Below, one piece after another: positions 8,910 through 16,291 of a stretch of 32,000 nt of DNA (within the stretch, counting starts at the first letter, position 1; each line of letters starts with the position of its first letter). The position numbers and the translations under genes were made by a program. A model generated the notes under the pieces. That model saw only the letters and a program-made list of their open reading frames with translations, was not told where the DNA came from and ran no database searches. Where the stretch lies: assembly GCA_047651235.1 (NCBI GenBank), contig CP178758.1:3450001-3482000 (forward strand), in the 5' to 3' direction. The stretch comes from Candidatus Electrothrix yaqonensis (lineage in GTDB: Bacteria > Desulfobacterota > Desulfobulbia > Desulfobulbales > Desulfobulbaceae).

Positions 8910-9068
8910 TACCTGTCCCGTCTTGGAACAACCAGACTTCTTTTATGGAATATTCGTGTGTTGCACGTAACATAACGCAATAAGAGGGAAATGCAGGAAA
9001 AAACTGATAAGCAGAAAATCTTTCCTGTTTTTCGCCTCAATAATTGACACGTTAGAATATAGAAAGGT

Positions 9069-9764
9069 ATGAGCATGAATAAACTGATAGAAGGGCTCAA
9101 CTTGCCGAAGATCTTGGTCGATAAGACTATTGCCTTTCTTGATAGGCTTCTTGGCCCTTCGGTTGACGAAGCAGGCTATTTGCTTGCGGATCGAATTAAG
9201 TTTCGCCGGTTTCGAAATCAGGTGAAGATTCTCCAGAAATCAGAGGAACTCCTCGAATCGGCTGGTATTGAGGCAAGACAGGTCCCGCTTCAGACTTTAG
9301 TTCCTCTCATTGAGAAAGCATCCCTTGAAGAAGATCCAACACTCCAGGAGATGTGGGCACAGCTTATAGCAAACGCCGCGACGTCTGATGCGCGTGCGGG
9401 CCTTCATAGACTCTGCGTTCATATTCTTTCAAGTATTTCGCCTGCAGAGGCAAAGGTTTTAGAAAGAGTCTTCGGGCTGTACCGAGAAGAACGGCCGGAG
9501 CTTCTCGTCCGAATGCGAAAGTGGAACAAGGCGAGACCGGACATCCACGCAGAATTGATCTTCTTTCGCCCAGAAGAACTTTTTGAACACGCAGAAGTGT
9601 CCAGGTACGATATAGATTTATTGCTCGACAATTTTATCAGGCTAAATCTTCTTCGTTGGGAGACACCCGAAGTCGAGGATGACGAAAACGTGTCTCCGGA
9701 TTTTGTGCATCTCACCGAACTCGGACTAAACGTAATCAAGGAGTGCATAGGTGGACACTCATGA
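9069..9764 (+). CDS. Abi-alpha (DUF4393)-like protein, candidate abortive-infection/phage-defence factor
   Basis: The N-terminal half (LLGPSVDEAGYLLADRIKFRRFRNQVKILQKSEELLESAGIE..QVPLQTLVPLIEKASLEEDPTLQEMWAQLIANAAT...ILSSISPAEAKVLERV) follows the pattern I remember for Abi_alpha/DUF4393 proteins. That pattern is a helical N-terminus, then a ...EEL..mwAnLLa.a... segment, then ...sp.eA.vL.... The real start is probably the ATG at 9075, since the AGAAAGG Shine-Dalgarno at 9061-9067 sits 7 nt upstream of it. GC is about 45%, lower than neighbouring genes. Confidence 0.6.
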   Translation: MSMNKLIEGLNLPKILVDKTIAFLDRLLGPSVDEAGYLLADRIKFRRFRNQVKILQKSEELLESAGIEARQVPLQTLVPLIEKASLEEDPTLQEMWAQLIANAATSDARAGLHRLCVHILSSISPAEAKVLERVFGLYREERPELLVRMRKWNKARPDIHAELIFFRPEELFEHAEVSRYDIDLLLDNFIRLNLLRWETPEVEDDENVSPDFVHLTELGLNVIKECIGGHS

Positions 9765-10132
9765 ACCAATGCAACGCCTGCTGAATCTGATCAGAACCTA
9801 CTGGTCTGCCTGTACGCTGTTCACGCTGACAGCGATAACTGTCCTCTCCCTCTCTCCACTGGAGGAGTTGCCCCCTGTCCCCGGAGGGGATAAAACCCAC
9901 CACCTGATCGCCTATGCTCTCTTGGCCTTCCCGGCAGCCCTGCGCAGGCCACAGCACTGGCAAATATTCTGTCTGCTGTTTTATTGAGTTGGTCCAGCCC
10001 TATGTGAACCGGTACGGCGAATGGCTGGATTTTGCGGCCAACAGCACCGGTATTCTCTGCGGCCTGCTTCTTGCGGAGCTGCTCATACGTCGGGGATTCC
10101 TGCCTGACTATCCTGACGGAAACCAGCTTTGA
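9751..10132 (+). pseudogene. VanZ-like family membrane protein, split by a +1 frameshift near 9979-9985
   Basis: Frame A (9751/9769..9987) gives GGDKTHHLIAYALLAFPAAL, the VanZ DKxxH motif. Frame B continues IELVQPYVNRYGEWLDFAANSTGILCGLLLAELL, the VanZ E..Q...R....D...N..G...G motif, up to the stop at 10130-10132. The switch occurs around the T4 run in CTGTTTTATTGAG. This could be a true pseudogene or a sequencing error. Confidence 0.6.
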
Positions 10133-10247
10133 TCGGTAGTGGCTCAAATCCGTTGATGCAGCCTCAGAATTCCCATCAGCGCGGGATTGATACACCTCTG
10201 CCACCCAAGCTATGCGGAATTTTTCCGTCACCAGATGAGCTGTCTCT

Positions 10248-11060
10248 TCAGAGAGCATGATATCTGCTGCCGAGTGCTTCGGCAAGCCGGACTGCCGCCA
10301 CTGTTTTTGCCATATCATGCACCCGCAGAATATCCGCTCCCTGCTGAGCACACAGGGCAGAAACAACAGCAGTAGGGCAGTCCCGTTGCTCAACCGGGAG
10401 AGCGAGCAGTTTGTCAAAAAAGGATTTCCGGGAATGGCCGATAAGCACCGGAAAGCCGAGTTGTTTGAATGCGCCGATATTCCGCAGGATCGTCAGATTA
10501 TGCTCCAAGGTCTTGCCGAAACCGATGCCGGGATCAATAATGATCCGCTGTGCTGCAATCCCCCGCGCCTGCAGCCAGCCGGTCCGCTCCCGGAAGAAAG
10601 CACAAATCTCGGCAACCACATCATCGTATTGCGGCTTGACCTGCATATTCCCCGGTGTTCCCTGCATATGCATAATGATAACAGGGCAGTCGCACCCCTG
10701 CATCACCCTGAGCATCTCCGGATCACCGCGCAGGGCCGAAATATCGTTGAGGATGGTGGCACCATTTTCCAGGGCCGCCGCCGCCACAGCAGCCTTGGTG
10801 GTATCGATGGAGACCGGGACGGTGGCCGACAGCTGGCGGATGGCCCGGATTGCCGGAATGACCCGCTGCAGTTCTTCCTCTTCCGGAACAGATTCGGCAA
10901 AAGGACGGGTGGACTCACCGCCCACGTCAAGGATATCCGCCCCGGCAGCAAGCATTTTTTCCACCTGCTCCGTGACAGCCTGTTCCCCGGTGAACTGCCC
11001 GCCATCGGAAAAGGAATCCGGGGTGACATTCAGTATACCCATGATCTGCGTTTTTTTCAT
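10248..11060 (-). CDS. folP: Dihydropteroate synthase
   Basis: IMGILNVTPDSFSDGG, DILDVGGESTRP, ISIDT, LNDISALRGDP, IIDPGIGFGKT and HSRKSF are all classic pterin-binding DHPS motifs. It sits in the conserved ftsH-folP arrangement. Confidence 0.95.
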   Translation of the reverse strand: MKKTQIMGILNVTPDSFSDGGQFTGEQAVTEQVEKMLAAGADILDVGGESTRPFAESVPEEEELQRVIPAIRAIRQLSATVPVSIDTTKAAVAAAALENGATILNDISALRGDPEMLRVMQGCDCPVIIMHMQGTPGNMQVKPQYDDVVAEICAFFRERTGWLQARGIAAQRIIIDPGIGFGKTLEHNLTILRNIGAFKQLGFPVLIGHSRKSFFDKLLALPVEQRDCPTAVVSALCAQQGADILRVHDMAKTVAAVRLAEALGSRYHAL

Positions 11061-11092
11061 GGCGTTCCAAAAATCATCCGCGAGTTTTTCAT

Positions 11093-11123
11093 AAAAAAAG
11101 GCACAGGAGCAATCCCGTGCCTT
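11093..11123 (-). terminator. Rho-independent terminator/attenuator between ftsH and folP
   Basis: Minus-strand RNA reads AAGGCACGGGA-UUGC-UCCUGUGCCUU followed by UUUUUAU. This is an 11-bp stem (one G-U pair), a 4-nt loop and a U tract of 7 (two of them in the stem). It lies 64 nt after the ftsH stop and about 32 nt before the folP ATG. Confidence 0.65.
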
Positions 11124-11186
11124 GAACTTTATCGGTTACTGATCAATTTTTTTCAGCTTTTTTTTTGAACTGACAGAAGAGAGAGG

Positions 11187-13040
11187 TTACGCCTGATCCG
11201 CGTCACTTTCTTTGCCGCCTTTTTCCCCATCTTGGTTCCCTTGCTCCAGCTCTGCAATAATCCGGTCAATGTCCTCCAGGGTGATCGTCTCTTTTTCCAG
11301 CAGTTCATCCGCAACCCCTTTCAGGATATCGATGTTTTTTTCCAGCAGATCATTGGTCACCTTTGTAGCATTAAGGATAATCTGTTTGACTACCTTATCG
11401 ATGCGTCGCGCTGTCTCCTCACTGTAATCCCGGTGCTGGGCGATCTCCCGTCCGAGAAAAATCTGTTCCTCTTTTTTGCCGTAGGCCAGCGGTCCCAGCT
11501 CTTCACTCATGCCCCATTCACAGACCATTTTGCGGGCCAGCTCGCTTGCCCGTTCAATATCATTGCCTGCGCCGGTGGTGATTTCGCCGAAAATGATCTT
11601 TTCAGCTACCCAACCGCCGTAGAGGATAGAGATATTATTGAGCAGGAACTGTTTGGAATGGGTATATTTTTCATCAATAGGCAGCTGCATGGTCAGGCCG
11701 AGTGCTCTGCCGCGCGGGATAATCGTTACCTTGTGGATGGGATCGGTATCCGGCAGCAGACGGGCCACTACGGCATGGCCCGCTTCATGATAGGCTGTGA
11801 TTTTCTTTTCATTTTCAGAAATGATCATGGACCTGCGTTCAGCGCCCATCATGATTTTGTCCTTGGCCATTTCCAGCAACTCAATGCTGATTTCCTCGGC
11901 TCCCTGGCGGGCCGCCATCAGGGCTGCTTCGTTGACCAGATTTTCCAGATCCGCACCGGAAAATCCGGGCGTGCCGCGGGCAATGACCGCCATATCCACC
12001 TCTTTGGCCAATTTGGTCTTATTGCCGTAAATCTCCAGGATAAGCTGGCGCCCCTTGATATCCGGGACCGGCACCACGACCTGCCGGTCAAAGCGGCCGG
12101 GACGGAGCAGCGCCGGATCAAGGACATCCGGACGGTTGGTGGCTGCGATGATAATCACGCCTTCATTGGCATCAAACCCGTCCATCTCCACCAGCAGCTG
12201 GTTCAGGGTCTGCTCCCGTTCATCATGGCCGCCTCCGAGTCCGGCCCCGCGATGACGCCCTACGGCATCAATCTCGTCGATAAAAATGATACACGGCGCA
12301 TGCCGCAGTCCCTGATTGAACAGGTCGCGGACCCGTGAGGCGCCGACGCCGACAAACATCTCAACAAAATCCGAGCCGGAAATGGTAAAAAAAGGCACCT
12401 CGGCCTCCCCGGCAATGGCTTTGGCCAGCAGGGTTTTGCCGGTACCCGGAGAGCCAGCAAGGAGTACGCCTTTGGGAATTCTGCCGCCGAGCTTGGTGAA
12501 TTTCTCCGGATCCTTCAGAAAGTCGATGATTTCTTCAAGCTCTGCTTTGGCCTCGTCAATCCCGGCAACATCCTTGAAGGTGATTTTAACCTGCCCTTCT
12601 TCCTGCAGTTTGGCCCTGGTTTTGCCGAATCCTAAGGCACCGCCTTTTCCTCCGGCGCCCATCTGCATCTGCCGCATGAAAAAGACCCAGACCCCGATGA
12701 GCAGCAGCATAGGGAACCAGGATATAAAAATGGTTAACCAGAAAGATTCATGCTCCGGTTCTTGAACCGAGATATCCACTCCTGATTGCCGCAGCATAGG
12801 AATCAATTCAGTATCATCCGGAGTAACCGTCATAAACGGACGACCGTCAGCTGATGATCCCAGCACTTTGTCGCCCTGAATAGTCACTTTCTTGATCGCC
12901 CCGTTCTCCACGTTGCTCCAGAATTGGCTGTAGGTCATCGGGACACTCGAACTTTGTGGTTTGTTAAACAGATTAACCAGGAGAATCGCTGTCAGACCGA
13001 TGACGAGCCACATGCTCAGATTCTTGTAAAAAGTATTCAT
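11187..13040 (-). CDS. ftsH: ATP-dependent zinc metalloprotease FtsH
   Basis: Two N-terminal TM helices, Walker [14 protein letters not shown], Walker [13 protein letters not shown] region [19 protein letters not shown] and zinc site HEAGHA. Confidence 0.97.
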   Translation of the reverse strand: MNTFYKNLSMWLVIGLTAILLVNLFNKPQSSSVPMTYSQFWSNVENGAIKKVTIQGDKVLGSSADGRPFMTVTPDDTELIPMLRQSGVDISVQEPEHESFWLTIFISWFPMLLLIGVWVFFMRQMQMGAGGKGGALGFGKTRAKLQEEGQVKITFKDVAGIDEAKAELEEIIDFLKDPEKFTKLGGRIPKGVLLAGSPGTGKTLLAKAIAGEAEVPFFTISGSDFVEMFVGVGASRVRDLFNQGLRHAPCIIFIDEIDAVGRHRGAGLGGGHDEREQTLNQLLVEMDGFDANEGVIIIAATNRPDVLDPALLRPGRFDRQVVVPVPDIKGRQLILEIYGNKTKLAKEVDMAVIARGTPGFSGADLENLVNEAALMAARQGAEEISIELLEMAKDKIMMGAERRSMIISENEKKITAYHEAGHAVVARLLPDTDPIHKVTIIPRGRALGLTMQLPIDEKYTHSKQFLLNNISILYGGWVAEKIIFGEITTGAGNDIERASELARKMVCEWGMSEELGPLAYGKKEEQIFLGREIAQHRDYSEETARRIDKVVKQIILNATKVTNDLLEKNIDILKGVADELLEKETITLEDIDRIIAELEQGNQDGEKGGKESDADQA

Positions 13041-13491
13041 TCCTAAAATAAGAAGTACGGATTTACGGATTTAGAGATTGTTTAAAGATTGCGGAGACTG
13101 GAAATCACGCTTATTTCTGCGGGGTTTCAAGGGAGTGTCTTCTGACGTTTGTAATATCCGGCTGCTGGCTATTGTTCGGCTGCCTGTTGCTTCCGATTTC
13201 TGATCCCGGTGCGGATAGCAGCATATATATAAACAGGTATAGCATAAATGTTGGAGGATAACTATATGAACTGTTTGCCGGTCAGTCAATAGCTGAATCG
13301 AAATTGAGCAGGAAAAAACCGAAGCCCCATCCTATCGTCTCCATGCTGCGGTCGGAATAATGCAGGAGCGAGCACTTGAAGTTCATTGGCAAATAGGATA
13401 CTCTCAGCTCTCAGTCCGGTACAGCATACCTGATACGCTGAAGATGAAAAGGGGATGGAATCCTGCCTTCCTGCCGATATTATTATTCCAG

Positions 13492-14013
13492 ATGGACAAG
13501 ATAGAAAGAGGGATAGAAAAAATTATCAATGTTGCGGGAAAAACGCTTTCGCTGCTTCTGCTGCTCATGACTCTGAATGTGGCCTTTGATGTACTGATGC
13601 GGTATGCCCTGCATAATTCATCCGTGGCCATGCAGGAGATGGAGTGGCATCTGTTTGCTGTTATTTTTCTGTTCGGGATATCAGTCAGCCTGAAGGATGA
13701 AGCCCATGTCCGGGTTGACTTTCTGTACGAGCGGTTCAGCCCCCGGACAAAAGCAGCCATCAATATTTTCGGCACCGTGTTTTTTCTCCTGCCCTTTGCC
13801 CTGCTGATTACTGCGGGTTCCTTCACCTTTGTCCACGATGCCTGGATGACCGGAGAGATTTCCGGCAATCCGGACGGCCTGCCGTTCCGCTGGCTGATCA
13901 AGGGATTGATCCCGCTGTCCTTTGCTTTTCTGCTGCTTTCGGCAGCCGGTTATATCCTGCGCAACATCCGTGTTTTCCAAGAGTTCCGTGAGTTTCAGGA
14001 GGCCGAAAAATGA
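13492..14013 (+). CDS. dctQ: TRAP transporter small permease subunit (DctQ family)
   Basis: Four hydrophobic helices. The N-terminus MDKIERGIEKIINVAGKTLSLLLLLMTLNVAFDVLMRYAL matches the DctQ pattern. Its stop overlaps the dctM start by 4 nt (ATGA at 14010-14013). The track ORF begins at 13360, but the first 44 codons look non-coding; 13444 is an alternative start. Confidence 0.85.
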   Translation: MDKIERGIEKIINVAGKTLSLLLLLMTLNVAFDVLMRYALHNSSVAMQEMEWHLFAVIFLFGISVSLKDEAHVRVDFLYERFSPRTKAAINIFGTVFFLLPFALLITAGSFTFVHDAWMTGEISGNPDGLPFRWLIKGLIPLSFAFLLLSAAGYILRNIRVFQEFREFQEAEK

Positions 14014-15335
14014 TCGGCATTCTTATGTTCTTCGCCGCCTTGCTCCTGCTGCTGCTCGGCTATCCGGTAGCGTTTTCCTTCGGTGCCGCAGCCATGCTTT
14101 TCGGGGCTATCGGTGCTGCTGCGGAACTGCTGCCTGATGCAACCCTGGCCGCTGTTGCCGAAGAATTTTTTCTGATGTTTTCCATGATGCCCTTCCGCAT
14201 CTACGCCATGATGACCAACACTATCCTCATGGCCGTGCCCCTGTTTATCCTGATGGGCATTATTCTCCAGAAATCAGAATTGGCTGAGCGGCTGCTGGAG
14301 TCCATGGGCATGCTGTTCGGCAGGGTGCGGGGCGGACTGGCTGTCTCCACCGTGCTTGTCGGCACTCTGCTGGCTGCGTCCACCGGCGTGGTCGGGGCTT
14401 CAGTGATTGCTATGGGGGTGATCTCTCTGCCAGTCATGCTCAAGTACGGCTACGACAAGCCGTTATCTGCCGGGACCATCTGCGCGTCCGGAACCTTGGG
14501 GCAGATCATCCCGCCCTCGATTGTCCTGATCATTCTCGGCGATGTGTTTCAGCTGCCGGTGGGTGATCTCTTTCATGCAGCTCTCGGACCGGGTCTGATC
14601 TTGGTCGGCGCCTATCTGGTCTATATTTTATCGGCAGCATATTTTTTTCCGCAGATCGCTCCGCCGATTCGTGTGCAGGAAAAGAAAAAAGGTGCGCTGC
14701 GGCAGGCATTGTTTGCCATTGTGCCGCCCCTGACCCTGATTATTCTGGTCCTCGGTTCGATCTTTGCCGGAGTGGCCACGCCCACGGAATCCGCTTCAGT
14801 CGGCGCGCTGGGTGCTCTGGTGCTGGCAGCCATGTACCGGCGCCTGAGCTGGCGGATCGTCATGGATTCCTGTCTGGAGACCGTCAGGATTACCGCAATG
14901 GTTTTTGCCATCCTGATCGGAGCAACTGCCTTTTCCATGGTCTTTGTCTATACCGGGGCGGACCTGCTGGTTGAGGAGTTCATGACCGGGCTGCCCGGTG
15001 AGAAATGGGGTTTCCTCCTCCTGGCTATGGCAGCGATCATGTTTCTCGGTTTTTTTGTTGATTTTATAGAAATATCCTATATTGTCGTGCCGATCCTGCT
15101 TCCTGTTGCCGAGACCGTGGGCATTGACCCCATGTGGTTTGCCGTCCTGATCGCCATGAATCTGCAGACTTCATTTCTGACTCCGCCGTTCGGTTTTTCT
15201 CTGTTCTATCTGAAAGGAGTCTGTCCGCCGGAAGTGCGGACGCTGGATATTTATACGGGAGTTCTCCCTTTTATTCTGATTCAGGTTATGGTACTGATGA
15301 GCATTGTGATCTTTCCGCAGTTATATGGCTTTTGA
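14010..15335 (+). CDS. dctM: TRAP transporter large permease subunit (DctM family)
   Basis: 441 aa and highly hydrophobic (about 12 TM), with typical DctM segments (GTLGQIIPPSIVLII, LQTSFLTPPFGFSLFYLKG). Coupled to dctQ. Confidence 0.92.
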   Translation: MIGILMFFAALLLLLLGYPVAFSFGAAAMLFGAIGAAAELLPDATLAAVAEEFFLMFSMMPFRIYAMMTNTILMAVPLFILMGIILQKSELAERLLESMGMLFGRVRGGLAVSTVLVGTLLAASTGVVGASVIAMGVISLPVMLKYGYDKPLSAGTICASGTLGQIIPPSIVLIILGDVFQLPVGDLFHAALGPGLILVGAYLVYILSAAYFFPQIAPPIRVQEKKKGALRQALFAIVPPLTLIILVLGSIFAGVATPTESASVGALGALVLAAMYRRLSWRIVMDSCLETVRITAMVFAILIGATAFSMVFVYTGADLLVEEFMTGLPGEKWGFLLLAMAAIMFLGFFVDFIEISYIVVPILLPVAETVGIDPMWFAVLIAMNLQTSFLTPPFGFSLFYLKGVCPPEVRTLDIYTGVLPFILIQVMVLMSIVIFPQLYGF

Positions 15336-15391
15336 TTGCGGCGTGTGAATGTTAGATGAAAAGTATCAGGAAAGAACCTTAGAGAAGTATA

Positions 15392-16078
15392 GTGAATAAC
15401 TTGATAACTACACTCTCCTCATCCGTAGCACTATTACTTTCTGTTTTAGGGCTTGTGGTCGTTGTTCTAACGTATTTACGCAGGGGACGTATTAAGTTTG
15501 GTCAGTTTCAGTTGGAATTTGCAAAAGAACAGATTCACGCTGGTGGAGATATACATATACATCAATTGCAATCAACTGAAGAGATACCGGAGGAGCCAGC
15601 TCATAGACAATACTCCCTTATGCAACAATATCATTCCCAGGGATTAGCGCAAGCAAAGATCAGCTTTTGGTTCAGTTTGGTGTTTGCATCACTCGGATTC
15701 ATCGTAATTATTGTTTCGTTGCTTACTATGGACAATCAAATCGCTTTGACATCTCAAGGGAAAACTTTCGTTGGCTTAATTTCTGGAACAATCATTGATG
15801 CGGTATCGGCATTGTTTTTTGTCCAATCAAACAAAGCAAGACATTTAATGACCGAATTCTTCGATAAACTACGAGTAGATAGAAGGTTCGAGGAGTCGTT
15901 GCAAATCTGCGAAAGAATTCCAGACCAAATTACACAGAGTCGTCTAAAGGTGCTAATGGCATTGAATTTTGCAGAAGTTTCTTCTTCTGAATCAATATTA
16001 AGAGAAGTTCTTGCAAACCATGGAGATTTAGTCGGTGAATCTGGAGAAAACATAAAACGAATGCATCTAACAAGCTGA
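15392..16078 (+). CDS. Membrane protein (3 TM) resembling the TRADD-N-associated 2TM membrane domain of conflict systems
   Basis: GTG start. One N-terminal TM (VALLLSVLGLVVVVLTYL), then the core QQYHSQGLAQAKISFWFSLVFASLGFIVIIVSLL ... FVGLISGTIIDAVSALFFVQSNKARHLMTEFFDKLRVDRRFEESLQICERI. This is a helical hairpin followed by an FFxQxNxA...FFDKL tail, and it matches my memory of that family. The gene is about 38-40% GC by hand count, against 50-58% in flanking genes. Confidence 0.55.
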   Translation: MNNLITTLSSSVALLLSVLGLVVVVLTYLRRGRIKFGQFQLEFAKEQIHAGGDIHIHQLQSTEEIPEEPAHRQYSLMQQYHSQGLAQAKISFWFSLVFASLGFIVIIVSLLTMDNQIALTSQGKTFVGLISGTIIDAVSALFFVQSNKARHLMTEFFDKLRVDRRFEESLQICERIPDQITQSRLKVLMALNFAEVSSSESILREVLANHGDLVGESGENIKRMHLTS

Positions 16079-16219
16079 TGTTACGCAGCCGAAACGAAAA
16101 GTCGGCAGAGTCTACGCTTTGGGTGTCTCGTAAGTCACTGATCTTTTATTTGCGTGCATAACATCAGTAACAAGGAATAATTTAGCCAACGCTCGTAACT
16201 CGTGCGGTTGATTTGCGTC

Positions 16220-16233
16220 GTTCAGCGCTGAAC
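16220..16233. promoter_or_regulatory. Perfect 14-bp palindrome GTTCAGCGCTGAAC upstream of the mltF-like gene (possible operator)
   Basis: Exact dyad symmetry read directly from the sequence, 59 nt upstream of the 16292 start codon. No binding factor is known. Confidence 0.25.
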
Positions 16234-16291
16234 AGAACAGCTCGGCATCCCTCTGATTCATAATGGAATCCATAATGGTTTATTCAGAACA

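Noticed and set aside
9044-9073. TTGACA at 9044-9049 as the -35 of an abi promoter
   Set aside because: The only -10-like hexamer at correct spacing (TATGAG, 9068-9073) overlaps the start codons. The transcript would then begin inside the gene.
9985-9987. In-frame TGA in the VanZ-like gene as selenocysteine or programmed read-through
   Set aside because: Translation past the TGA in the same frame gives no VanZ-like sequence. The family motifs resume in the +1 frame, so it is a frameshift, not recoding.
13125-13133. CCCTTGAAA on the minus strand upstream of ftsH, matching the sigma-32 -35 consensus
   Set aside because: No CCCCAT-like -10 element sits 13-17 nt downstream, so a heat-shock promoter cannot be claimed.
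13253-13292. GGAGG Shine-Dalgarno followed 8 nt later by an 8-codon ORF (MNCLPVSQ) upstream of dctQ, possibly a leader peptide
   Set aside because: It is too short to evaluate, I found no linked attenuator structure, and it could be chance in an AT-rich spacer.
13387-13401. TGGCAA-N5-ATAC upstream of dctQ as a sigma-54 promoter
   Set aside because: The invariant GC of the -12 element is AC here. The match is too weak without a nearby enhancer-binding-protein gene.
15350-16072. 9-bp inverted repeat TGTTAGATG / CATCTAACA flanking the 2TM gene, as possible cassette ends
   Set aside because: It is only 9 bp, one copy lies inside the coding sequence, and there are no flanking direct repeats. This is compatible with chance.
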